From Erysipelothrix inopinata (GTDB taxonomy: Bacteria > Bacillota_I > Bacilli_A > Erysipelotrichales > Erysipelotrichaceae): 32,000 nucleotides of DNA. The stretch spans positions 1,440,001-1,472,000 of the forward strand of contig NZ_CP060715.1 in NCBI RefSeq assembly GCF_014396165.1, read 5' to 3'. This document shows positions 1 through 8,449 of this stretch, piece by piece. The notes below the pieces were generated by a model. The model searched no databases. It saw nothing but the letters and a program-made list of their open reading frames with translations, and was not told where the DNA came from. The first letter of the stretch is position 1, and each line of letters starts with the position of its first letter. Position numbers and translations under genes: made by a program.

Positions 1-362
1 ATTTTATTCGTATTAACTTCCCTAACGGGGATATGGTTGGTCATACAGGCGATATGCTTGCAACAATCATCTCAATGGAATCCGTTGATTTAGCCTTATC
101 AAGACTCTTACCAGCTGTGAAACGTAATGAAGCAACATTAATCGTTCTCGCTGACCACGGTAACGCTGATGAAATGCTTGATAAAAAAGGAAATGTGAAA
201 ACAGCACACTCCTTAAATCCAGTACCATTTATCGTTTACAACCGTGATGTTGAATTAAAACAAGAGGGTACATATGGACTTGCAAACGTCGCAGCTACTG
301 TTGCAGACCTCTTAGATATTGAACCACATCAAAATTGGTTACCAAGTCTCATTAAGAAATAA
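1..362 (+). CDS. gpmI: 2,3-bisphosphoglycerate-independent phosphoglycerate mutase, C-terminal fragment (5' end lies outside the window)
   Basis: The frame is open to the window edge (codons from nt 3 read FIRINFPNGDMVGHTGD...). It carries typical iPGM C-terminal motifs, DMVGHTG and LADHGNADEM. Stop at 360-362. Confidence 0.9.
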   Translation, partial: FIRINFPNGDMVGHTGDMLATIISMESVDLALSRLLPAVKRNEATLIVLADHGNADEMLDKKGNVKTAHSLNPVPFIVYNRDVELKQEGTYGLANVAATVADLLDIEPHQNWLPSLIKK

Positions 363-366
363 TTTT

Positions 367-410
367 AAAACAAGTTTTGTTACATTGTTGTAGCAGAACT
401 TGTTTTTATT
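367..410 (+). terminator. Rho-independent terminator after gpmI
   Basis: AAAACAAGTT (367-376) pairs with AACTTGTTTT (397-406) and is followed by a T-rich tract. The loop is long, about 20 nt. Confidence 0.55.
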
Positions 411-462
411 TGCTCAAATGTCGCACGCAATTTCTTTGTATAATTTGCTCGAATATTCACAT

Positions 463-481
463 GACAATGACAATCACTCTC
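463..481 (+). promoter_or_regulatory. Fur-box-like element upstream of the iron ABC importer operon
   Basis: GACAATGACAATCACTCTC matches the classical 19-bp Fur box GATAATGATAATCATTATC at 15 of 19 positions. It reads as tandem GACAAT hexamers. Confidence 0.4.
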
Positions 482-557
482 TTTTAGACCCGTATTGGTT
501 GTTTTTAGGACTAAACAAAGTGACTATGTGAAAATATTGATAATTTTAATTAATGTT

Positions 558-585
558 TTGCTTGTTTCCCATTTGTACATATCAT
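558..585 (+). promoter_or_regulatory. Candidate sigma-A promoter of the ABM-ABC importer operon
   Basis: TTGCTT (558-563), 16-nt spacer, TATCAT (580-585). A Fur-like TGATAATTTTAATTA (537-551) lies just upstream. A perfect 14-bp palindrome (597-610) lies just downstream. Confidence 0.4.
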
Positions 586-626
586 AGACTTTAATTACAA
601 ACTAGTTTGTCAAGGAAGGTGACCAT

Positions 627-929
627 ATGTGTTATGTAGAAGTAAAACAATTTGAGTTGGTTAAGGGAACAGGACGTGCTTTCGCGGACAAGTTCTTTGA
701 AACAACCGTTGTTCGAGGTGTTGAAGGGTTTAAAGATTTAAAAGTAGGTTTAAATGATGCAAGTTCTAAAGTTGATATTGTAATCATTACAATGATCTGG
801 GAAAGTGAAGAAGCATTATTAACGTTTAAACGTGGGGATATTCATAAAGAATTACATCGTAATCGTAAGCCTAATCCAAATCTTGTGAAACATTCTTCTA
901 CGCGCTACGAAATCGTTCATGAGCTCTAA
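627..929 (+). CDS. ABM-domain monooxygenase, IsdG/HmoA-like (possible heme-degrading enzyme)
   Basis: 100 aa, the size of a single ABM domain. LVKGTG near the N-terminus and the W-E-S-E-E-A...H-K-E-L-H segment resemble IsdG-family proteins as I recall them. The 3' end overlaps the downstream permease start by 11 nt. RBS AAGGAAGG lies upstream. Confidence 0.55.
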   Translation: MCYVEVKQFELVKGTGRAFADKFFETTVVRGVEGFKDLKVGLNDASSKVDIVIITMIWESEEALLTFKRGDIHKELHRNRKPNPNLVKHSSTRYEIVHEL

Positions 930-1881
930 AACGCGTTCAATTTACGTATTTGTTTTTTTAGGTTTGTCACTTGCTTCAATTTTTATTGGTGCTAATGATA
1001 TCAACCTAAGTCAAATATTAAAGGGAGATGCACTGACATGGATGATTCTCATCGAGGGTCGCATTCCAAGGTATCTCTCAGTAGTGATGACCGGCATATC
1101 ACTTTCGATTGCCGGATTAATTATGCAAAGAATTTCTCAAAATCGATTCGTTTCACCCTCTACAGCCGTCACGATGGATGGTGCTCGTTTTGGAATTATC
1201 ATCTCATTAGTAGCATTTGGGAGCCTTTCGATTCAATCAAGAATGTTTTTTGCATGGTTGTTTTCTATGGTTTTCACAGTTTTGTTTATGATATTGATTC
1301 ATAAATTAAAATTTAAAAATGTTATTTTTATTCCATTATTGGGAATGATGTTGGGGATGATCGTTGACAGTATCACAACATTTATAGCTTTGAAGTATGA
1401 CCTAATGCAAACATTATCGGGGTACATGATGGGTTCCTTTACGTTTATATTGAAGGGGAGGTATGAATTACTATTTACCTCTATTCCTCTGGTACTCATT
1501 GCACTTTTCTATATTAAGCGATTCGCAATTGTCTCAATGGGAGAAGACTTTGCTAAATCGGTTGGTGTTCATTATGGAAGAACACTCATCTTAGGGGTCC
1601 TGGTTGTTTCTATGTTAAGTGCGTCTGTAGTGACAACAATTGGAACGATACCTTTCGTTGGATTGATCGTTCCCAACATGGTTTCCTATCTTTATGGTGA
1701 TAGTGATCGTTATGTAATTTTAGATACAGCTTTAATGGGAAGCATACTCCTACTGTTGTCTGATCTTATTTCGCGACTCGTTATATATCCTTATGAAGTT
1801 CCAATTGGACTAACATTAGGAGTTATTGGATCCTTATTTTTTGTAGTGATCCTCATACGGGGGTACCATGAAAAAGCATAA
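919..1881 (+). CDS. Iron-siderophore/heme ABC transporter permease (FecCD/BtuC family)
   Basis: 320 aa, multi-TM and hydrophobic throughout. Operon order of permease, permease, ATPase, binding protein matches CeuBCDE/YclNOPQ-type importers. Starts overlap, suggesting translational coupling. Confidence 0.85.
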   Translation: MSSKTRSIYVFVFLGLSLASIFIGANDINLSQILKGDALTWMILIEGRIPRYLSVVMTGISLSIAGLIMQRISQNRFVSPSTAVTMDGARFGIIISLVAFGSLSIQSRMFFAWLFSMVFTVLFMILIHKLKFKNVIFIPLLGMMLGMIVDSITTFIALKYDLMQTLSGYMMGSFTFILKGRYELLFTSIPLVLIALFYIKRFAIVSMGEDFAKSVGVHYGRTLILGVLVVSMLSASVVTTIGTIPFVGLIVPNMVSYLYGDSDRYVILDTALMGSILLLLSDLISRLVIYPYEVPIGLTLGVIGSLFFVVILIRGYHEKA

Positions 1882-2803
1882 AACACTTTTACTCAGCCTT
1901 GTACTTATCCTGTCATTAGTTTATTTGTTTTACGGGATATCGATGAACAATATTAAGTATATTTTGATGCGAAGAGGATCGCGTTTGATTGCAATCTATG
2001 TGGTATCCTATCTCGTCAATACGTCAACTGTTTACTTTCAAAGTATGACAAACAATCGCATTCTGACGCCATCTCTTTTGGGATATGACAGGCTCTATAT
2101 GCTCATTCAGGTTGTGGTTGTGATGATTTTAAAACAGTATATTTCAAACATAAGTTTGTTTCTTGTTTGTGTCGTTGTAATGACACTGTTCTCTACTGTT
2201 TTATATAGCACTATCTTAAAAAAAGTAAATGGTGATTTATATATACTGCTGTTGATCGGAACCCTGGTCGGAACTTTTTTCGGAAGTATAACATCGTATC
2301 TGCAATTAATGATGGATCCCAATGAATTCAGTATTATTCAAAATCAAGGGTTCGCATCGTTTAATGCGATTAATGTTTACGTGTTAGGGATTGCATGTCT
2401 TCTCGTCTTACCAACGCTAGTCTTGCAAGCCTATTTATCTAAAAGTCATGACGTCGTTGCATTGGGACAAAATCATGCGAAAAACTTAGGTGTAAACCTA
2501 GGAAGATTTTATAAAGGTGCTCTAGTTTTAATATCTATTGATATTTCAATTGCGACAGCACTTGTAGGGCCCATCTCTTTTCTAGGATTACTAACTACCA
2601 ACCTTGGAAAAGAAATTGAACCTTCATATCGAAGCAAAGACTTAATTTTCACCTCAACACTCGTATCGATTTGCTTATTACTATTTGCGCAGATTGTATT
2701 TGAGAGAATCCTTAAGTTCAACACTTCGATTACTGTAATTATTAATATATTAGGTGGAATTGTATTTATCTGGTTGATGTTTAAGGAGCGATTCAATGAT
2801 TGA
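1868..2803 (+). CDS. Iron-siderophore/heme ABC transporter permease (FecCD/BtuC family), second subunit
   Basis: 311 aa multi-TM protein. It overlaps the upstream permease by 14 nt and the downstream ATPase by 8 nt. Confidence 0.85.
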   Translation: MKKHKTLLLSLVLILSLVYLFYGISMNNIKYILMRRGSRLIAIYVVSYLVNTSTVYFQSMTNNRILTPSLLGYDRLYMLIQVVVVMILKQYISNISLFLVCVVVMTLFSTVLYSTILKKVNGDLYILLLIGTLVGTFFGSITSYLQLMMDPNEFSIIQNQGFASFNAINVYVLGIACLLVLPTLVLQAYLSKSHDVVALGQNHAKNLGVNLGRFYKGALVLISIDISIATALVGPISFLGLLTTNLGKEIEPSYRSKDLIFTSTLVSICLLLFAQIVFERILKFNTSITVIINILGGIVFIWLMFKERFND

Positions 2804-3551
2804 AGTAACGAATCTCACAAAAAAATATGGAAAGTTCTATGCACTTGATCAAGTAAGTGTTGATGTTCACGATGGACGTGTTACTGCTATTATTGGCGAA
2901 AATGGTTCGGGAAAAACAACACTCTTGAATATGATGGGACGACTTACTGAAGAAACAGAAGGGATTATTCGTTACAATGATTGCAATATCAAGGACTTCA
3001 AGAACCGGGAATTTGCACAAAAGGTTGCGATACTTAAGCAAAATAACATGACCAATTTACGCTTGACCGTCTATGATCTTGTTTCATTTGGACGCTTCCC
3101 ACATAACCAACATAAACTGACAGATGAAGATGAATTGATTATTTTGGAATCTTTATCTTTCATGGGATGTATGGACTTAAAAGATAAATACATTGATCAA
3201 CTGAGTGGTGGTCAACTTCAACGGGTCTATATCGCAATGATTCTCGTTCAGGATACTGACTATATTTTCTTAGATGAACCACTTAATAATTTAGATTTAA
3301 AGCATGCGCATGAATTGATGGCACTCATTCAAAGCCTTGCGATTCAAAGAAATAAGACTGTCGTTATTGTGATGCATGACCTTAACATGGTTTACCGTTA
3401 CGTTGATGATGTGATTGCCTTAAAACACGGTAGACTCATTGCCAATGGCGCTGTAGACGATGTTCTCAATGAAAGTGTCTTGCACCGCATTTATGATATG
3501 AAATTCACAATCCAATCATGCACCGAACATAAGGTTGCATTTATAGAATAA
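2796..3551 (+). CDS. Iron-siderophore ABC transporter ATP-binding protein
   Basis: Walker A GENGSGKTT, ABC signature LSGGQLQR, Walker B IFLDEPLNNLD, H-loop VMHD. Confidence 0.92.
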   Translation: MIEVTNLTKKYGKFYALDQVSVDVHDGRVTAIIGENGSGKTTLLNMMGRLTEETEGIIRYNDCNIKDFKNREFAQKVAILKQNNMTNLRLTVYDLVSFGRFPHNQHKLTDEDELIILESLSFMGCMDLKDKYIDQLSGGQLQRVYIAMILVQDTDYIFLDEPLNNLDLKHAHELMALIQSLAIQRNKTVVIVMHDLNMVYRYVDDVIALKHGRLIANGAVDDVLNESVLHRIYDMKFTIQSCTEHKVAFIE

Positions 3552-3560
3552 GGGGAACAT

Positions 3561-4478
3561 ATGAAAAAGATATTCGTTACATTTATAGCATTAATTCTGT
3601 TAGTAGGATGCTCAGCACCGAAAGCAGTAACAAAAGAAAAAATTGAAATTACGCATAAACTTGGAACAACAGAAGTTGAAACAAATCCTGAGAAAGTATT
3701 TGTATTTGATATGGGAATTGTCGATATCATGAAAACGTTGGAATTAAATATTGGTGGTGTGCCTGTTGAATCGTTACCAACACCTTTAAAAGATGTGAAT
3801 AAAGAAGGTATCGTGAATATCGGTTCTTTGTTTGAACCAGATTTTGAAAAAATAGCAGAAGAAGCACCAAATCTTATTATTGTTTCAGGACGTTCTTCAA
3901 AACATTATGAACAACTTTCAGAAATCGCACCTACTATTTACATGGGAAGTGATGTTTCATCAGAAGGCTTGCTTGCTTCAATCAATAAGAATGTTGAAAC
4001 ATTTGGGTTGATTTTCCCAGATACTAATTTTGATAAAGCAACCGCTTCACTTGAAACTGCAATTAAAGAAGTTCATGATAAAGCAGAAAAATCAGGTTAC
4101 AATACTTTGTTCTTGATGGCGAATGGTAATGAAATCAGAGCATTTGGTCCAGGATCACGCTACGATCATGTATTTACTACTTTTGGATTCAAATCAGTTG
4201 CAGACAATATTGAAGAATCAACACATGGTTCAGGATTATCATACGAGCTAATTCAATCACTCAATCCAGATGTAATTATCGTTATGGATCGTGGTGCTAT
4301 TGTTAAAGGGGATAAAACAGCTGAAGAATTGATGGACAATGCATTTGTTAAAGAAACAGAAGCTGCGAAAAATAACCGTATCATTTATGTTGATCCACAA
4401 AACTGGTATCTCACTGAAGGTGGCATTCAATCTATATTAAGTATGTCTAAAGAATTAAATAATTTATTTGCACAATAA
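3561..4478 (+). CDS. Iron-siderophore ABC transporter substrate-binding lipoprotein (CeuE/YclQ-like)
   Basis: Signal peptide with lipobox LLVGC|S. The 305-aa size and operon position fit a class III (FhuD/CeuE-type) binding protein. Confidence 0.8.
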   Translation: MKKIFVTFIALILLVGCSAPKAVTKEKIEITHKLGTTEVETNPEKVFVFDMGIVDIMKTLELNIGGVPVESLPTPLKDVNKEGIVNIGSLFEPDFEKIAEEAPNLIIVSGRSSKHYEQLSEIAPTIYMGSDVSSEGLLASINKNVETFGLIFPDTNFDKATASLETAIKEVHDKAEKSGYNTLFLMANGNEIRAFGPGSRYDHVFTTFGFKSVADNIEESTHGSGLSYELIQSLNPDVIIVMDRGAIVKGDKTAEELMDNAFVKETEAAKNNRIIYVDPQNWYLTEGGIQSILSMSKELNNLFAQ

Positions 4479-4486
4479 TTAAACTC

Positions 4487-4511
4487 AGAGACGAATTTCG
4501 TCTCTTTTTTT
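4487..4511 (+). terminator. Rho-independent terminator after the ABC importer operon
   Basis: AGAGACG-AATTT-CGTCTCT hairpin followed by TTTTTT. Confidence 0.8.
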
Positions 4512-4600
4512 CTAAATTAGAAAATGGTTTCTGGTTTGAAAACTTAGGTTAATGTCAGAGAGAGTATAATAAAACTATCAAAACGAAAGAGGTAACAAAT

Positions 4601-5695
4601 ATGAAACAACTAGGAATTTCAATTTATCCAGAATATGGATTTAAAGAAAAAGATTATGACTATATGACAAAGGCAAGTGAACTTGGGTTTAGTAGAATTT
4701 TTATGTGTTTTCTTTCCGTTAATCCCGATCATTTAGAGCAAGCCAAAACAACGTATAAGGAATACATAGAATTTGCCCATAATCTTGGATTTGAAGTTGC
4801 ACTTGATACGAATGAGATTGTTTTCAAAGAATTGGGTGCAAAGATCACAGATTTATCTGTATTTAAAGAAATGGGAGTGGATATTCTTCGATTAGATGTA
4901 GGATTTGGGATGTTTGGAGATATGATGATTGTAAAGAATACGAGTGGTATTAAAGTTGAGTTTAATGCGAGTTTTAATAGTGGTATGAGTTTACTCTTAG
5001 AAAACGGAGTTCCTAAAGAACGGATCTTAGCTTGTCATAATTTCTATCCACAAAAACATACAGGCTTGAGTTTTGAATCATTCGTCAATAGAACCAATGA
5101 ATTGGTGAGTCAAAACATCTCGGTGGGAGCCTTTGTAAGCTCAAATAATGAGAATACGTTTGGACCTTGGAAAAACATCGAAAGTGGTCTTCCTACATTA
5201 GAAATGCATCGTGGCTTACCTATTGATGCTCAAGCACGACATTTAGTGAGTCTAGGAAATATCGATACAATAATTATTGGTAATGCCTATGCTACAGATG
5301 AAGAGCTTAAGTCTTTAAGTGACATCAACTTTGAAAATAGTTCAATCAGAATTGACTATGATAGAGAATTAGATTCGAATGAAGCCAAAATCCTCTTCGT
5401 TGATAATCACTTTATCCGTCCTGATTCTTCAGACTATCTCTACCGTTCACTAACGAGTAAAATGGTTGCAAAAAATATGAGTATCAAGCCTTGTGTAAGC
5501 GATCGTGCATTCTTCCAAAGAGGGGATGTTTTGATTATTAATGATAACTTAAAACGATATGCTGGCGAAGTTCAAATTGTTACAGATACGATACCTAATG
5601 AAGGATATCAAAATTTCGTAGGTTCGATTCCTAAAAATGAAATGATGATTCTCAATGAAATTAAAGCTGGAAGCTCCGTTACTTTTTTGAGATAA
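4601..5695 (+). CDS. DUF871 / MupG-family protein (putative 6-phospho-N-acetylmuramidase-like glycosidase)
   Basis: N-terminal LGISIYPE...LGFSRIF... and the ~360-aa length are typical of the DUF871 (MupG) family. RBS AAGAGG lies upstream. Confidence 0.65.
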   Translation: MKQLGISIYPEYGFKEKDYDYMTKASELGFSRIFMCFLSVNPDHLEQAKTTYKEYIEFAHNLGFEVALDTNEIVFKELGAKITDLSVFKEMGVDILRLDVGFGMFGDMMIVKNTSGIKVEFNASFNSGMSLLLENGVPKERILACHNFYPQKHTGLSFESFVNRTNELVSQNISVGAFVSSNNENTFGPWKNIESGLPTLEMHRGLPIDAQARHLVSLGNIDTIIIGNAYATDEELKSLSDINFENSSIRIDYDRELDSNEAKILFVDNHFIRPDSSDYLYRSLTSKMVAKNMSIKPCVSDRAFFQRGDVLIINDNLKRYAGEVQIVTDTIPNEGYQNFVGSIPKNEMMILNEIKAGSSVTFLR

Positions 5696-5715
5696 TAAAT
5701 CAAAGAGGTGATTTG

Positions 5716-6510
5716 ATGCGAGATTCAAAACAAGCGTTACTTTCATACATAAATTGTTCTTTTCGTGATGATCTATACTACGTTCTTGCACTCAACTTAT
5801 TAAAAATGGGTGAGGATATTAAAAATCTAACGATAGATAAAGTGGCTCAATCTTGTTTTGTCTCGCCTTCGACTGTGAGTCGTTTTTGTAGAAACCTCGG
5901 TTTTAGTAATTTTATAGAGTTCAAAGAAGGATTTGATCAACATACTATAATAACGAACTATTCCAAATCTTTCTTAAATAATATTCAAGAAAATCCCAAG
6001 GAGGCGGCATTAGCACATTGGAGTGATATTAATTCTTTGACCGAAAATCAGATACAGAGTCTCGATTTGGTTAAAGTAGATCACATATTGAGTAAAATTC
6101 ATGAAAAGGAAAACGTCGTTTTTTTGGGAAACCAATTTCTACATTTTTATGGCAGCTACTTTCAACAAAACCTTCAGTATTTTAATAAAACAACTTACTC
6201 TTTTTTTCAAGATGTCGACCAGGTATCTTTCTTAACAAAAACAACAGCCCCGACCTATGTAATAATTTTCTCATTAGGCGGGACTTATCTTAATAATAAT
6301 TCGCAAATGGTTGATGTCTTGAGAAAAGACAATATTGAAACAATTGTATTTACTCAAAATGAACACTCTGCACTCATTAACTTTTGTGATGATGCGTTCG
6401 TACTTGAAGGTAATAACACAAATGATATTGGAAAATATTCCCTCTTGTTTCTCATTGATATGATGGTGATGCGTTATGGATTACTGTACAGTAATCCAAC
6501 CCTCGCATAA
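5716..6510 (+). CDS. MurR/RpiR-family transcriptional regulator (HTH_6 + SIS domain)
   Basis: RpiR-type HTH IDKVAQSCFVSPSTVSRFCRNLGFSNFIEFK, with a C-terminal SIS-like region. The ATG at 5716 follows RBS AGAGGTGA. The ORF track starts at the adjacent TTG, 5713. Confidence 0.85.
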   Translation: MRDSKQALLSYINCSFRDDLYYVLALNLLKMGEDIKNLTIDKVAQSCFVSPSTVSRFCRNLGFSNFIEFKEGFDQHTIITNYSKSFLNNIQENPKEAALAHWSDINSLTENQIQSLDLVKVDHILSKIHEKENVVFLGNQFLHFYGSYFQQNLQYFNKTTYSFFQDVDQVSFLTKTTAPTYVIIFSLGGTYLNNNSQMVDVLRKDNIETIVFTQNEHSALINFCDDAFVLEGNNTNDIGKYSLLFLIDMMVMRYGLLYSNPTLA

Positions 6511-6697
6511 ACTTGTGTATAAATTATTGTGAATGCAAGGAGACACTAATCGTTCTGTCTTGTAAAGAACCCCGGTAAAAATAAAATTTATGAATTTAAA
6601 GCCAAGGAATTTGGCTTTTTTATTTTATAAGGTGCTGGTTTTACCGTATTGAATTCAATGTATAAATATGGTATTTTTCCAGGATAATGCGCTTTCA

Positions 6698-6726
6698 TTG
6701 ACTGATTTATGATAAACTAATACTAT
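6698..6726 (+). promoter_or_regulatory. Candidate sigma-A promoter of the cbs-PPase gene
   Basis: TTGACT (6698-6703), 17-nt spacer, TACTAT (6721-6726), about 20 nt upstream of the start codon. Confidence 0.45.
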
Positions 6727-6747
6727 ACGCAATCTTAAGGGGTTATT

Positions 6748-8399
6748 ATGAAAAACGAAAAAGATTTAGTACACATTTGCGGACATCGTCATCCTGATAC
6801 CGATTCGGTTGTATCTGCAATTGCTTACGCACACTTAAAAAATGAAATAGGGATTCCTGCTGTAGCATGCCGTCTCGGCAAGCTTAGTGATGAAACAGAA
6901 TTTCTACTAGAACGATTTGGATTTGAAGCACCGATGCTTTTAAAAGACGCACGTGCAACTTTAGATGAAATTGAAATGGATGAAGCATTATCAATTCATA
7001 TTGATACATCAATTAAAACTGCGATGGAAATCACTGAGGAAAAACGTCAAACGCTTGCCGTCGTAGATGATCGTAATCAACTATTAGGAGTTGTTACAAG
7101 TTCTAACTTAGCTCGTGTTGCGATGGGGGATACGGCGCATACAATTTCACTCTTGAAAAGAACATCTGCCAAGGCTATAGCTCGAGCTATAGATGGGGAA
7201 TTAGTTTATAATCCTGTACAATTTCACTTTAATGGGAAAACGAGTATTATAGCTATCTCGAAAACCAAATTAGAAAACTATGAACTTACCGATCGATTGG
7301 TTATCGTAGGAAATGATACCGAATCCCAAATGACTGCCATCCAAAAAGGTGCGGCTTGCATTGTTATGGTATGGACTGATGTTATTGAAGAAGAAGTGTT
7401 AGATTTGGCACGTCAGTATGATTGTGCAGTTATTAAATCAACACACGGAACCATGAATACATCACGTTACCTTCTCTTTGCGCCGAGTGTTCGTGAGGTT
7501 ATGACAACCGATTTAGTCCATTATAACGTTAATGAATTTGTCGATGATGTTGGGAGAAGTATGCTGAAAACGCGATATCGTTCTTATCCAGTTGTTGATG
7601 ATGTTGGAAATATCTATGGTTTTGTCTCCCGTTACCATATTCTCAACAATACAAGTAAAAAAATTATTCTTGTTGATCACAACGAATATTCTCAAAGTGT
7701 TGAAGGGCAGAGGATGCTGAAATTTTAGAAGTTATTGATCACCATCGAATTGGTGATATTAATACTGTAAAGCCTATTTATTTTAGAAATGAAATTATAG
7801 GTTCTACCGCTTCAATAATCACGAAACTCTATAACGAGCATGGTGTCGAGATTCCTAAGGATGTTGCATCTCTATTACTATCGGCTCTAATCTCTGATAC
7901 ACTCAATTTAAAATCGCCAACAACGACACCCCAAGATTTCAAGATTGCAATGCAACTTGAAACTATCTCGGGTTTAGATCGTTTTGATTTTGCTCAAGAA
8001 ATGTATGAAGCAACATCTGGATTAAAGAATAAAGATTACGAAGATATTATTAACCAAGATATTAAGACTTTCTATATATCAGGCAAAAAGATTATGGTAT
8101 CTCAAATTCTTATTTACCATTTCACAGAGTTGGATGCCATTCACGATACATTCGAAGACTCAATGGAAGAGTACGTTCAGAAACATGGACTTGATCTATT
8201 GGTAGTCGTATTTACAAGTATTGCAGATAACGGTTCAATTATTGTGGGAGCTGGAGCTCTGAAATCGGTGGTTGACGATGCTTTCGCTGTCGACTCTGAA
8301 GGCGCTGAACGAGCTGTCTTACAAGATGTTGTCTCACGTAAGAATCAAATCCTACCTAGACTCTCAATGGCAATTGATGCATTTGTAGGGAAAAAATAG
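6748..8399 (+). pseudogene. CBS-domain family II (DHH/DHHA2) inorganic pyrophosphatase, interrupted by a single-base frameshift near nt 7705-7708
   Basis: ORF 6748-7728 has the DHH motif CGHRHPDTDS, then CBS-DRTGG-CBS, then LVDHNE. The expected continuation AEDAEILEVIDHHRIGDI...GSTASI...SDTLNLKSPTTT is open in the -1 frame from nt 7707. That frame runs without stops into ORF 7950-8399. Confidence 0.8.
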
Positions 8400-8402
8400 T
8401 AC

Positions 8403-8444
8403 AAAAAAACTAACTCATCAAAATTAAATATGAGTTAGTTTTTA
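8403..8444. terminator. Bidirectional rho-independent terminator between the convergent PPase and zwf genes
   Basis: CTAACTCAT (8410-8418) pairs with ATGAGTTAG (8430-8438). An A-run on one side and a T-run on the other make it usable on both strands. Confidence 0.7.
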
Positions 8445-8449
8445 TTATG

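Noticed and set aside
1038-3730. Nested or antisense ORFs within the ABC importer genes (1038-1304, 1299-1499, 2107-2322, 2509-2796, 2793-3041, 3491-3730). Similar nested ORFs occur elsewhere (5549-5791, 7513-7695, 8593-8853, 9055-9255, 10713-10913, 10751-10999, 12693-12905, 12804-13004, 12999-13208, 14004-14285, 14231-14443, 15473-15682, 15879-16190, 22823-23023, 24191-24421, 24965-25258, 25215-25418, 28815-29021, 29311-29664, 29845-30048)
   Set aside because: All lie wholly within, or antisense to, longer ORFs with clear family signatures, or they cross terminators. They have low-complexity compositions typical of chance ORFs in AT-rich DNA and lack RBSs.
6511-6600. Possible small ORF (MQGDTNRSVL, from about 6533) or ncRNA in the murR-PPase spacer
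   Set aside because: There is no RBS, the ORF is only 10 codons, and the local pairing (CAAGGAGACA.../...CTGTCTTG) is imperfect. Nothing distinguishes it from ordinary intergenic sequence.
7699-7730. Programmed -1 ribosomal frameshifting in the cbs-PPase gene
   Set aside because: There is no X-XXY-YYZ slippery heptamer at the shift site (GTT GAA GGG CAG) and no obvious downstream stimulatory structure. Orthologues of this family are encoded as single ORFs. A 1-nt indel in the G-run, whether mutation or sequencing error, is the simpler explanation.
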